A stretch of DNA of 32,187 nt from Candidatus Peribacteria bacterium (GCA_943359415.1 CALRHQ010000003.1:1-32187); one strand, 5' to 3'. Numbered from the stretch's first letter, positions 17,564 to 26,991 are shown. The notes: a model not told the origin generated them from the sequence alone. A program made the numbers and translations.

Positions 17564-17960
17564 TTTGTTTGCATTTATAAAATTTTCTACAGATAGTTTT
17601 TACATTACCGCGTACGTTCATGTCAACTACTATTTTTGCTTTTTTTGGCTTAACCGCTTCCAAAAAGTCCTTAAAAATCACTTCTGTGACAGTTTCATGA
17701 AATATTTTTATGTTTCTGAATGAATTTATATAGATTTTAAAAGATTTCAATTCCAAACAATCTTTTTCTGGAACGTATGAAATCTCAACTGTTCCGAAAT
17801 CCGGCCAGTCTGAAAAAGGGCATATAGATGTGTATTCCGGGCTTGCTATCGTTACCCAATGTTCTGAGTTTTCCAATTTTTGAAATTTAAATGTCAAAAG
17901 AGGAGCAACTTTTTTTATTTCTTTCCTTACTTCTTGTGCGTTTTTTTCGTTGAACATCAT
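17556..17960 (-). CDS. queF: NADPH-dependent 7-cyano-7-deazaguanine reductase (unimodular QueF)
   Basis: PEYTSICP (catalytic Cys), PDFG, QueF motif ELKSFKIY, FHE, VRG. Confidence 0.9.
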   Translation of the reverse strand: MMFNEKNAQEVRKEIKKVAPLLTFKFQKLENSEHWVTIASPEYTSICPFSDWPDFGTVEISYVPEKDCLELKSFKIYINSFRNIKIFHETVTEVIFKDFLEAVKPKKAKIVVDMNVRGNVKTICRKFYKCKQND

Positions 17961-18638
17961 TTATTTTTTGTACTTTATGAGATCCTTTTCTTCAGCTTCT
18001 TTGAATCCTTTAATTCGTAGTTCACATGCTGGACATTTGCCACAAGCCACTTTTTTGCCTTCATAACACGTGTGAGTATGTCCCAAAAATTTAAGTCCAT
18101 TCAATTCTTTCATCAAAGCAACACCATCTGCTTTTGTTTTCCACATAAGCGGAGTGAAGATTCTGAAATTGTGATCCATCGCGAGTTCCATAGTTTTTTC
18201 CATTGATTTAACAAAGTTTTCACGACAATCAGGATATCCGCTGTAATCTGCCTGACAGAAGCCGGCAACTAGATTTTTTATGCCGATTGATTTTGCATAA
18301 ATTCCTGCTGTTGCAAGAAAAATCAAGTTTCTTCCTTCAACGAAAGTTGTTGGGAGTGTGCCATTTTTTCCTGCTTTGATTGGCATTTTTTTGTCTATCA
18401 GTGAGTTTTTTGTAAGACCTTTGAATAGTTCGATTTTGTGTATTTTAAGTGGAACTTTTAGAAGTGTTGCAACTTTTTTTGCTGCGGTTATTTCGATATT
18501 GTGTCTTTGTCCGTAGTCAAAAGTTATTGCAAATACTTTCTTGAAATTTTGTTTTGCCCATACTAGGCACGTAGTTGAATCTTGGCCTCCTGAAAGGAGA
18601 ACAACGGCATTTGATTTTTTTTCTTCTGATTTTGTCAT
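17961..18638 (-). CDS. queC: 7-cyano-7-deazaguanine synthase
   Basis: LSGGQDSTT, FDYGQRH, TFVEGRN, YPDCR, zinc motif TCY...CGKCPAC. Confidence 0.97.
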   Translation of the reverse strand: MTKSEEKKSNAVVLLSGGQDSTTCLVWAKQNFKKVFAITFDYGQRHNIEITAAKKVATLLKVPLKIHKIELFKGLTKNSLIDKKMPIKAGKNGTLPTTFVEGRNLIFLATAGIYAKSIGIKNLVAGFCQADYSGYPDCRENFVKSMEKTMELAMDHNFRIFTPLMWKTKADGVALMKELNGLKFLGHTHTCYEGKKVACGKCPACELRIKGFKEAEEKDLIKYKK

Positions 18639-19324
18639 ATTTTTTTTTGGTTACTCCATAGCATTATATGCAATCTTGGTGTAAATCTAAAGAGTTCTTT
18701 TTTACATCTTTCAATTAGGAATTTTGATTTTTCCATAATCTCTTCTGTTGTTTTGCCCTGAGGCATAAGTAAAACTTTATTTTTTGGTAGTTTGTGATCC
18801 TTGATGAATTTTTTTACTTCTGTTATGTCTTTTTCGTCATCTATTACGAATTTGAAGCTTGTTTTTTCTTTTGGAAATGATTTTAATGCCTCATATTTTA
18901 ATTTTAGATCTATTGCATTTGAAAGCTTTGGTGAGCAATTGAATTTATTTATATATTCAACTATTTCCGGTTTGATTGTTCCGTTTGTTTCGACTTCTAT
19001 AAAATAATTTTTAAGTTTTTTTAGAAGAGGAATAAGTTCTTTTTGTTGAAGAAGTGGCTCTCCGCCTGTAAGTACGATATGTCTTCCAGGAAATTTTTTT
19101 ATTTCTTTTAATATTTCAGATACTGACATTTCTTGAAATCCTTGGCTTAAATCTTGTTTTTTTTGTGATTTCATTGTGTCGATTTTTCTTTTTATTTCTT
19201 GTGAATATTCTGTGTCGCAAAACCTGCAGCGTAAATTGCATCCCTGTAGACGAAGGAAAATTGCCGGTTGTCCTATTTCGGTTCCTTCTCCCTGTATTGA
19301 GTAAAATATTTCGCAAACTTGCAT
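18635..19324 (-). CDS. queE: 7-carboxy-7-deazaguanine synthase (radical SAM)
   Basis: EIFYSIQGEG, CNLRCRFCDT (CxxxCxxC), TGGEP, ETNGT, SPK, PRLH. Confidence 0.96.
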   Translation of the reverse strand: MQVCEIFYSIQGEGTEIGQPAIFLRLQGCNLRCRFCDTEYSQEIKRKIDTMKSQKKQDLSQGFQEMSVSEILKEIKKFPGRHIVLTGGEPLLQQKELIPLLKKLKNYFIEVETNGTIKPEIVEYINKFNCSPKLSNAIDLKLKYEALKSFPKEKTSFKFVIDDEKDITEVKKFIKDHKLPKNKVLLMPQGKTTEEIMEKSKFLIERCKKELFRFTPRLHIMLWSNQKKI

Positions 19325-19346
19325 GTTTCAGATGGTTGTTTATAAT
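19319..19346 (+). promoter_or_regulatory. Possible promoter for the lipoprotein gene
   Basis: TTGCAT, 16 bp, TATAAT. The -35 overlaps the queE start codon. Confidence 0.45.
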
Positions 19347-19392
19347 TTCGTGGATATTTGTTCGCGATATTTATAGCATTTATTCACTCATT

Positions 19393-20370
19393 ATGCATCC
19401 TGAAAAGCGATTTTTTGTAAGATCTGTGCCGTTTGTTATGGTTTTGCTTGTAGTTTTTTCTTTCTTTTTTGTTGCGTGTTCTTCAAGGCAAAATATTGAG
19501 GATTCAAATGGTGAAGCGAAAGTAGTGAATTTGCTTACAAATTGGCAAAAAACACAATTTTATAAAATTGACGACAAAGATTTAAATAAAACTTTTTATT
19601 TTGAATATCCTGATGTAGCTAAAGTCTCTTTTATTCGTGGAAGGGGTGATTTGAATTATCAAGATTGCCATGTTTCTTTTGGAACAAAGCAAAGATGGAA
19701 GTCGATTATTCAACCTCAAGAAAATGAGGAAATAAAGACGAAATCCGATGCAGGACGAGTTTTTGAATCCGTCTATCGTGATGATATTTTGTCGGTTTAT
19801 TCTGCAGATTTGAGACTTTTTGGTTATGTTTTGTGGCTTTACGACGAAGGAAAAGATGTTGGTAGATGTGCTGAATTTATAGATAAAATTGCGTATTCTT
19901 TCACCGATAAGCCTATGTATGTGAATGAAAAATATGATTTTAGTGTCGTTTTGCCAACTGTATATAAAGTTGAATATTTGCCTGATGATGGCGGAGTTTT
20001 GTTCAAAGGTTGGTCTGACGGTGATGATTTTGATATAACTAAAAACAAAGCTGCGAAACATAATCTTGGTGGATATAACTACAATATCAAGTTTGTAGCT
20101 TATGAAAATGTAATGAAATATGACTCTTTGAGTGACATGTTGGCTAAAAAATATGGAGGATTTACGAAGCAATTTTACTATTTAAATGAAAAAACCGGTG
20201 TTTTTGTGGATGAAAATGTGAATGCGACACGTGCTATCAGACATTTCTTTGTTTTTAGTCCTGATGCATCGATTATTTATGAAGCCAATCTTGATATAGA
20301 AAGTTTTCATTATTTTGCTCATGTTCAGGAATTTGATGTTTTTGTTAAAACAGCTCTTGCTATTTACTAA
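19393..20370 (+). CDS. Putative lipoprotein, possibly with a PsbP/DcrB-like domain
   Basis: MHPEKR, hydrophobic stretch, lipobox FVA-C. C-terminal YVNEKYDFSVVLP...FDVFVKT pattern. Start 19393 avoids overlap with queE. Confidence 0.7.
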   Translation: MHPEKRFFVRSVPFVMVLLVVFSFFFVACSSRQNIEDSNGEAKVVNLLTNWQKTQFYKIDDKDLNKTFYFEYPDVAKVSFIRGRGDLNYQDCHVSFGTKQRWKSIIQPQENEEIKTKSDAGRVFESVYRDDILSVYSADLRLFGYVLWLYDEGKDVGRCAEFIDKIAYSFTDKPMYVNEKYDFSVVLPTVYKVEYLPDDGGVLFKGWSDGDDFDITKNKAAKHNLGGYNYNIKFVAYENVMKYDSLSDMLAKKYGGFTKQFYYLNEKTGVFVDENVNATRAIRHFFVFSPDASIIYEANLDIESFHYFAHVQEFDVFVKTALAIY

Positions 20371-20415
20371 AAAACAGGTAGAATCGCTTGGCATTAATCG
20401 TTTACAAGGATTTAC

Positions 20416-20607
20416 ATGTCTAGAGTTTGCCAACTTACAGGAAAACGCCCAAGCGTGGGGAATAATAGAAGTCACGCTATGAATGCTACAAAACGTAGAT
20501 TTATCCCAAATTTAATCACAAAGAAACTTTTTGATGTAAATACGGGTAGAATTCGCAGAATGAGGATTTCGGCTTCTGCACTACGTACACTTACAAAGAC
20601 GAAGTAA
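20416..20607 (+). CDS. rpmB: 50S ribosomal protein L28
   Basis: MSRVCQLTGK...GNNRSHAMNATKRRFIPNL...ISASALRTL. Confidence 0.98.
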   Translation: MSRVCQLTGKRPSVGNNRSHAMNATKRRFIPNLITKKLFDVNTGRIRRMRISASALRTLTKTK

Positions 20608-20635
20608 ATCTTCATTCCAAATTATCCATGTTTTA

Positions 20636-20644
20636 TGGTATAAT
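20636..20644 (+). promoter_or_regulatory. Extended -10 promoter (TGgTATAAT), 6 nt before the GTG start
   Basis: atGGTATAATgggagaGTG, with TTCCAA 18 bp upstream of the -10. Confidence 0.6.
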
Positions 20645-20650
20645 GGGAGA

Positions 20651-21907
20651 GTGACCTTTGAACTTTTCAAACAATTGGGGATTGCAGTTCTTCTTTCGGT
20701 TCTTATAGGCATTGAACGTGAGAGGAGATTTAATGGTGCTAGTAGCGGTTCTTTTGCAGGAATGAGGACTCTTACTCTTGTTGGACTGACAGGTGCGCTT
20801 TCATATGTTTTGTCTTTATATTCAATTGCGTTATTCGTAGTGATGGCTGTTGGATTTTTTGGATTGCTTATAGCTTCTTATATTATTTCTACCCGTAAAT
20901 CTGTGGTTTCCGGAGCTACTTCCGAGATGGCCGCTGTGGTAGTATATCTTGTTGGTATTTTGTGTGGAATGAATCAGTTTGTTTTGGCTACGGCGGTGAC
21001 TCTTTTGCTTTTTGTTATTTTGTATTTTAGAGATCCTTTGCATAAATTGGCTCATGGACTGAATAATGTTGAACTCGTGTCTACTGTTGAATTTATGATT
21101 ATAGCATTTGTTGTTTTGCCACTTTTGCCTAATCAGGATTATGGAATATTTAATTTTTTCAATCCTTATAAAGTTTGGTTGATGGTTGTACTCGTTTCCG
21201 GCATTTCTTTTGTAAGTTATGTTGCTGTGAAATTATTTGGGGCAAGACGCGGAATAGGCCTTACAGGTTTTTTTGCAGGACTTGTTTCGAGTACTGCGCT
21301 TGTCTTTAGTTTTTCATCTCAAAGTAAAAAAAATCAAAATGTTGTGAATCCGTATGTGATTGCGATTTTGGTTGCAAGTAGTGCTATGTTTTTTCGTATT
21401 TTGGCGACTGTTTCTTTTGTTAATCCAGAGCTCTTGTCTCATTTGTATATTCCTATGCTTGTGATGGGAATTGTTGGACTTTTGATGGCTGTTTTTTTCT
21501 CGTTTCGTGGAGATAAAACCGATGATGAAGTGAAAAAAAGTCTTATTGGTGTCAAAAATCCTTTTAAACTTTGGCCGGCTTTGCAATTTGGTGCATTTTT
21601 TGCCGGAATTCTTTTGTTTTCTAAGATTGGAAGTTTCTATTTTGGCTCGGATGGACTTTATATTACAAGTTTCATTTCAGGTTTTTTTGATGTTGATGCT
21701 GTTACACTTTCTGTCGCAAATTTATCAAAAGAAGGGCTTGATTCTCACGTTGCTGTTGTTTCGATAATGATAGTGGCTTTTGTTAATACTATAGCGAAAG
21801 GTGTTGTGTTCTTTATCTTTGGAAATAGACGTGTTGCCTATAGAATCTGCATTGCATATCTCTTTATGATTTTGTCAGGCGTAATTTCTTTACTTTTAGT
21901 CTTGTAG
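20651..21907 (+). CDS. MgtC/SapB family, DUF4010-containing membrane protein
   Basis: LIGIERE...FAGMRT, VVLPLLPN, FNPYKVWLMVVLVSGISF, GLVSSTA, SGFFDVDA. About 12-13 TM segments. Confidence 0.9.
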   Translation: MTFELFKQLGIAVLLSVLIGIERERRFNGASSGSFAGMRTLTLVGLTGALSYVLSLYSIALFVVMAVGFFGLLIASYIISTRKSVVSGATSEMAAVVVYLVGILCGMNQFVLATAVTLLLFVILYFRDPLHKLAHGLNNVELVSTVEFMIIAFVVLPLLPNQDYGIFNFFNPYKVWLMVVLVSGISFVSYVAVKLFGARRGIGLTGFFAGLVSSTALVFSFSSQSKKNQNVVNPYVIAILVASSAMFFRILATVSFVNPELLSHLYIPMLVMGIVGLLMAVFFSFRGDKTDDEVKKSLIGVKNPFKLWPALQFGAFFAGILLFSKIGSFYFGSDGLYITSFISGFFDVDAVTLSVANLSKEGLDSHVAVVSIMIVAFVNTIAKGVVFFIFGNRRVAYRICIAYLFMILSGVISLLLVL

Positions 21908-21948
21908 ATATTAGGCTTTTTTATAAGTAAATCTTATCCTTATTTCTT

Positions 21949-24318
21949 ATGAAAAAGTTTATTTTATCGGTATCTGTTATTTTTGCGATTTTTGCGAACT
22001 CAATTGCGTACGGCGCAACGATTTATATTCCAAGTGCTGCAAGTTCTCAGTATTTGCCTACGGTAAAAATTCTTACTTATAGCTTGTTTTATGATGGATC
22101 TTTGGTGGTAGAGGGATCAGGATCCGGAACTATTATTGATTCAAAGGGGACTATTTTAACTAATGCACATGTGGTTCGAAGTTTGTATGATCCTACTTTG
22201 CCTGCTGATGCTTTTCAGATTTGTTTAACCAAGAGTAATGCTCCAGAGAGTCCTGTTTGTGAGTTTGTCGCATCTTTTGTTGCGATGCATGAGACTCAGG
22301 ATCTTGCGCTTCTTCGAATGGATTCTGCTGATGCCAGAGGGAATACCTTGTCGTTTGATTTTAATTTGCCGTATCAAAATAGTGGAAGTCCTCAAGTTGG
22401 GGATTCTTTGACTGCTATTGGGTTTCCTGATATTGGAGGCAAAACTATTACTTATACAACAGGTGTTGTAAGTGGATTTATACAACAGACTGGGGTTAAT
22501 TATATCAAGACAGATGCTGTTATTTCTTTCGGAAATTCCGGAGGTACAACTGTAGATAAGGATGGTAATTTTGTTGGAATTCCGACACTTGTGCAGCTTA
22601 GTGAATCTTTGTCTTCGCTTGGGTATCTTTTGCCTGTGAAAGATTTTGTAGGATGGATAGGTGAAAAAATCGGCCTTTCCGCTGCGAAAGATAATGCTGC
22701 AAAGGATAAATTGTTTGCGGCCGAGAAAGCCAGTGTCGCCGCAAATAACACCGGAGTTTTCAAAAATTCCGATCCTTCTTATGAAATCTCTGCTGTAAGT
22801 GGATGGAAATTTTCAAATTCTTTGGATGAGGCTTTTAGCAATCCAAATAATATGATTGGAGCTTATTATGGAACTAATAGCGTTGTGATGGTACCAAAAG
22901 ATGACAGTTTACTTTCGACTGGAAGAGTTGAAATTTTCTTTACTGATTATGCTTATGTGATGGCTATGGATGATCTTGAATATTTATTAAACTCGTATGC
23001 TAAAGATAATCCTGATGTTCAGATTGAAAAAGTGAAGCTTAATGGGAAATATGATGCTTATAAAGAGACTACTGCTACTTATGATTGGTATACAGGCGCA
23101 AGTTTGAATATTGTTACGCATTATATTCCTTATGGAAATAGAGTTGTGAGTTTGAAATATGTATATGATGATGAATCTTTTGTTTCTGATTTGGAGGCTA
23201 TTGTGAAGACTTTTAAGATTGATTTAAGCAAAGCAAAAAGTTCTTCTGTGGACTCTGTTGTAAATAAAAATCCAAAAATAACATTAAAGAATCCTTCTGA
23301 TGATTTGTTCCTTTCCGATACGAGTTATGATTTTGATGGAACACGTTATTTTTCTGTAAGTTTTGGTCAAAAACGTGATTTCGATTTTGGTGTTTCGCTT
23401 TATTCTGGAAGTTATTGGGATGAAAAATATACTGATAATTTTGATCTATTTAAATCTGACACTTTGGCTGATGCCGAGAAATGGTATTCTATAGTTTCGA
23501 AGGGGTCTATGTATATAGACGGTCATCAAGGATTTTACTATATGATTGAATCTGATGATGGATTTGGTGGTACTTATAAAAATACGATAGCTTACGTAGA
23601 GATTGATGCTAATCAATATTTATCTCTTTATTACTCTGATGGTTTTGATACTTATGACGCAAATATTGGTTATATCTCGAAAATTTTGAGAAGTGTGTCT
23701 TTTGAAAAAGAAGGTAAAGGGAAATATATTGTGCCTGCGATTGGAGGAAGTTCTTACGTTGTTTCTGTTCTGAGTGACATCAAGAACTATATTTATGAAA
23801 TAAATATCAAAAATCTTAATAGAATGAAGGTTTTTGGAGAAAAAGCTCCTGAAAAATTTGAACCTGGGAAGAAGGTTTCAAGAGAAAGTTTTGTCGTTTG
23901 GGCCGTGAAGGCTTTGAGTGTAGACAAGCAGGCTGATTTTGAAAAATTTAAGGCTTCCTATGAAATTTGTAAGGAAGATTGTTTTGCGGATGTAGATTAT
24001 TCTTCTTCAAATGCGATGTATATTTCTTATGCTAAGAAGGTTGGAGCTATTTCCGGTTCAGAAAAAGATGGTAAAAAATATTTTGATGCAGGTGGAAATG
24101 TGACTTTGGCTGCGGCACTGAAAATATTGGCTAAACTAAATGGTTTTGAAGTTTGGGCTGCGCCTGACTATATCGCTTGGTATGTTCCTTATTTGTATCT
24201 TGGATATCAAAAAGGAATCGTTCCTGCTGGAGTAAACGATGCTTTTTACCTGCTTACAAGAGGGGAGGCGGCGTTTATGATGGATACTCTTGCTGTCTCC
24301 AGTATTTCGTGGTTTTAA
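21949..24318 (+). CDS. Secreted trypsin-like serine protease with C-terminal SLH domains
   Basis: Signal peptide, GSGTI..TNAHVV (His), QDLALL (Asp), FGNSGG (Ser). C-terminal SLH-like motifs FEPGKKVSRE, FADVD, VTLAAALKI, LTRGEAA. Confidence 0.9.
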   Translation: MKKFILSVSVIFAIFANSIAYGATIYIPSAASSQYLPTVKILTYSLFYDGSLVVEGSGSGTIIDSKGTILTNAHVVRSLYDPTLPADAFQICLTKSNAPESPVCEFVASFVAMHETQDLALLRMDSADARGNTLSFDFNLPYQNSGSPQVGDSLTAIGFPDIGGKTITYTTGVVSGFIQQTGVNYIKTDAVISFGNSGGTTVDKDGNFVGIPTLVQLSESLSSLGYLLPVKDFVGWIGEKIGLSAAKDNAAKDKLFAAEKASVAANNTGVFKNSDPSYEISAVSGWKFSNSLDEAFSNPNNMIGAYYGTNSVVMVPKDDSLLSTGRVEIFFTDYAYVMAMDDLEYLLNSYAKDNPDVQIEKVKLNGKYDAYKETTATYDWYTGASLNIVTHYIPYGNRVVSLKYVYDDESFVSDLEAIVKTFKIDLSKAKSSSVDSVVNKNPKITLKNPSDDLFLSDTSYDFDGTRYFSVSFGQKRDFDFGVSLYSGSYWDEKYTDNFDLFKSDTLADAEKWYSIVSKGSMYIDGHQGFYYMIESDDGFGGTYKNTIAYVEIDANQYLSLYYSDGFDTYDANIGYISKILRSVSFEKEGKGKYIVPAIGGSSYVVSVLSDIKNYIYEINIKNLNRMKVFGEKAPEKFEPGKKVSRESFVVWAVKALSVDKQADFEKFKASYEICKEDCFADVDYSSSNAMYISYAKKVGAISGSEKDGKKYFDAGGNVTLAAALKILAKLNGFEVWAAPDYIAWYVPYLYLGYQKGIVPAGVNDAFYLLTRGEAAFMMDTLAVSSISWF

Positions 24319-24545
24319 AAATATATTAGGACTTTAAGTGAAACTTTCTGCAACATAAGTTCGGTTGTAGAAAGTTTCGACAGCGAGCAGTGTGCTTATT
24401 AAATTTTTAAAGTATTTTGGTGTGTTTTGAAGTGGTTTTTCTGTTGAAGTAATTTTCGACATATCATTTTTCGGTTTAATTATAACTTGAAATGATTGAT
24501 GGTGTTTGTGTATCAATGAATCATGTAATTCATAATTTTATTCTT

Positions 24546-26072
24546 ATGGAAAATGTTTTGACACAGGGTGTGCGCACGGCAAGTGGCATTGTAGGTAGGG
24601 AGAGACCTGATATGGGATTTGGATGGAAAATGCCCGAGCATTTGCTTGAGATGACATATGCCGAGATAGAAGAAAAAAACTTGGAAATGAAAAGAGCTAG
24701 GAAAAGCGGTGTTCCAGCCGATGTTCTTAAGGAGAAATTTTTAAATTATTTGAAAGAAGAAAGAGGAATCAAAGCTGTGACGGTGTGTTTTACTGATTTG
24801 GAAGGTAAGCTGCATACTCTTGATTATGATAAGAATTTTTTGGTTTCCTCTCATGATAATCTTACTTTTGACGGATCTTCTATCCGAGGATTTACAGCTC
24901 AAAGTGAATCTGATTTGAGACTTAAAGTTGATTTTAGCAGTATAAGATTTTTGCCGTCTGATCTTTTTGGGGCAGGCAAAGTGCTTGTTTTTGCTAATGT
25001 CAGGGATAAAGATGGAAGTTTGTATGTATCCGATTTTAGAGGAAAGCTTTCTGATTTTTGTGAAGAACTTCGTGTAAAAAGAGGAATTATGGTAAATATT
25101 GCGCCTGAAATTGAAGGATTTTTGTTTAAAGGTGTGAATGCAGAACAAAGCTTTAGTGAAGAAAAAGGTTTTGAATTGGCTACGATGACAGGATATTTTA
25201 GTTCTCTTCCTCAAGATATTTTGCGTCTTTTTATAGATAAATTTGCAGAGGTTCAGAGAGCTCTAGGCTTTGAAAATGAAAAGGATCATCCTGAAGTTGC
25301 GCCTGCACAGTTTGAATTGAATTATAGATATACTAATGCTCTTGAAAGTGCTGATCAAATAGTGATTTATAAGCTTGTTGGAAAACAGGTGGCGATGATG
25401 ATGGGGCTTACTGCTTGTTTTTTGCCTAAGCCGATTCAAAATTTGAATGGAAGCGGAATGCATACAAATATGTCTTTTGAAAAAGATGGTAAAAATATTT
25501 TCTATAATGCTGAAGGAAAATATAGCCTTTCTGCTGAAGCGCATCGTGCTATTACAGGAATTTTGTATCATGCAAATGATCTTTGTTTGATAATGAATCC
25601 AAGCGTAAATGCTTACCGCAGGCTTGATCCGGCTTTTGAGGCGCCAAATGAAATAAAAGTTTCAGCTGTTGATCGTGGTTCTATGGTCAGAATTCCTATT
25701 GGAAATGAAAAAAGTTCTAGAATTGAGGTGAGAACTGTTGCGCCTGATGTTAATCCATATTTGTGTTTTTATTCAATTGCGAGCGCAGCTTTGAGCGGAA
25801 TTGATGCAGCTGAAGATGTTTTGAAAGAAATGGAATCAAAGGCTTACGGAAGAGTGAAAGAATTGCCTGGAAATATTCAGACTGCTATCGAACTTTTTGA
25901 AAAGAGTAAATTTATGGCTGAGATTTTGGGTGAAGATTCTCGTGATAAATACGTAGCGTTGAAGAAACGTGCTGCGGATAGGTCTCCTGAAGCTCTTGGA
26001 ACTAAAGTAAAAAATGGAGAAATTCTTTTCCATCATGAAGTAACAAATCAATCACTTTGGGCTAGTTTCTAG
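24546..26072 (+). CDS. glnA: Glutamine synthetase (type I-like)
   Basis: FTDLEG, FDGSSIRGF, PEIEGF, HPEVAPAQFE, PKP..NGSGMHTN, NAYRRLDPAFEAP, RIEVR. Start is uncertain (24492, 24516 or 24546). Confidence 0.93.
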   Translation: MENVLTQGVRTASGIVGRERPDMGFGWKMPEHLLEMTYAEIEEKNLEMKRARKSGVPADVLKEKFLNYLKEERGIKAVTVCFTDLEGKLHTLDYDKNFLVSSHDNLTFDGSSIRGFTAQSESDLRLKVDFSSIRFLPSDLFGAGKVLVFANVRDKDGSLYVSDFRGKLSDFCEELRVKRGIMVNIAPEIEGFLFKGVNAEQSFSEEKGFELATMTGYFSSLPQDILRLFIDKFAEVQRALGFENEKDHPEVAPAQFELNYRYTNALESADQIVIYKLVGKQVAMMMGLTACFLPKPIQNLNGSGMHTNMSFEKDGKNIFYNAEGKYSLSAEAHRAITGILYHANDLCLIMNPSVNAYRRLDPAFEAPNEIKVSAVDRGSMVRIPIGNEKSSRIEVRTVAPDVNPYLCFYSIASAALSGIDAAEDVLKEMESKAYGRVKELPGNIQTAIELFEKSKFMAEILGEDSRDKYVALKKRAADRSPEALGTKVKNGEILFHHEVTNQSLWASF

Positions 26073-26107
26073 CCAATGTTGAGTCGATTGTGATCATGGC
26101 TGATCGA

Positions 26108-26165
26108 AAACATTCCCGATGTAAGAAATAGTATATATTTCTTCTTCGGGAATTTGTTTATTTTT
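26108..26165 (+). terminator. Long imperfect hairpin after glnA, likely a terminator
   Basis: ATTCCCGA...TCGGGAAT outer stem and AAGAAATA...TATTTCTT inner stem, followed by TTTATTTTT. Confidence 0.6.
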
Positions 26166-26191
26166 CAATAATTAGGTGATAACATTTTGAC

Positions 26192-26932
26192 ATGAATAAG
26201 CATGTTAAAATTTTTGGTAAAGATATTGAGGTTTTGGTTGAGAGTGATGCGGATAATTCTGTGTTCGAGGAAATTTTTGTTGATAAAGATTATGGAGTGT
26301 GTGACGAGGTGATAAAAAAAACCGGAGTTTCTGGTATTTGCGGTGCGATTTTGGATATTGGTGCTCATAAAGGATATTTTTCGATTTATGCCAGTGTTTT
26401 GTGTTCAACGAATGTGAAGATTTTTTCATATGAACCTGAAGAGAAAAATTTTGCTATGTTAAAGGAAAATTTGAGAATGAATAGGATTAAGAATGTGTTT
26501 GCAAAAAATGTTGCTGTTAACGGAAATGATGGAATGTGTGAGCTTTTTTTGAGTGATGATTCCCATAATCATAGTATTTTTGCTATGGACGTCGGGAATT
26601 CAATTGTTTCTAGAAAGGTCAACTGTGTGAGCTTGCGAACGATTATTGAAAAGCATTTAGTGAAAGAAGGATGTGAAATTGTAGATCTTGTGAAGATGGA
26701 TTGTGAAGGAGCAGAATTTGAGATTTTTGGTGGTGTTGAGAGTGAGGATGGAGGAGTTTCCGGCGAGGAAATTTTTAAAAAAATAAAATCTTTCTGTATT
26801 GAATACCATGAATTTTTGCCTGAAATGAGAGCTGAAAAACTTGTGAATATTCTAAAAAAACATGGATATAAGGTTGATGTGAAAAAATCTCGTTATGATA
26901 ACCGAATGGGTTTTATTTGGGCGAGGAGGTGA
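26192..26932 (+). CDS. FkbM-family SAM-dependent methyltransferase
   Basis: ILDIGAHKGYFS, YEPE..NF, VKMDCEGAEFEI, IEYH. Confidence 0.92.
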   Translation: MNKHVKIFGKDIEVLVESDADNSVFEEIFVDKDYGVCDEVIKKTGVSGICGAILDIGAHKGYFSIYASVLCSTNVKIFSYEPEEKNFAMLKENLRMNRIKNVFAKNVAVNGNDGMCELFLSDDSHNHSIFAMDVGNSIVSRKVNCVSLRTIIEKHLVKEGCEIVDLVKMDCEGAEFEIFGGVESEDGGVSGEEIFKKIKSFCIEYHEFLPEMRAEKLVNILKKHGYKVDVKKSRYDNRMGFIWARR

Positions 26933-26963
26933 TTAATACAATGTGTGTGCTATTAGGACAGGG

Positions 26964-26991
26964 TTGACATTTTTCAGAATAGTGTTAGCAT
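26964..26991 (+). promoter_or_regulatory. Sigma70-type promoter
   Basis: TTGACA (26964-26969), 16 bp ending TGT, TAGCAT (26986-26991). Confidence 0.6.

Noticed and set aside
17556-19324. 7-deazaguanine DNA-modification (dpd) island
   Set aside because: No dpdA/tgt-like gene, helicases or mobile context in the window, and the flanks are housekeeping genes.
968-19324. Many A8/T8-type homopolymers as phase-variation sites
   Set aside because: Expected in Lys-rich genes of an AT-rich genome, and no frameshifted gene was seen.
19325-19392. Possible preQ1 riboswitch upstream of queE
   Set aside because: No P1 stem with the conserved loop and A-rich tail could be formed on the minus strand. An Infernal search with preQ1 models would settle it.
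19165-19392. N-terminal extension of the 401-aa ORF overlapping queE
   Set aside because: The lipoprotein signal peptide begins at ATG 19393.
19582-20172. 196-aa minus-strand ORF
   Set aside because: Antisense to the lipoprotein gene, with shadow-like Ile/Phe-rich composition.
26071-26107. Weak inverted repeat (AGCCA...TGGCT) right after the glnA stop, as a possible ncRNA
   Set aside because: Pairing is short and imperfect, and I recognise no RNA family.
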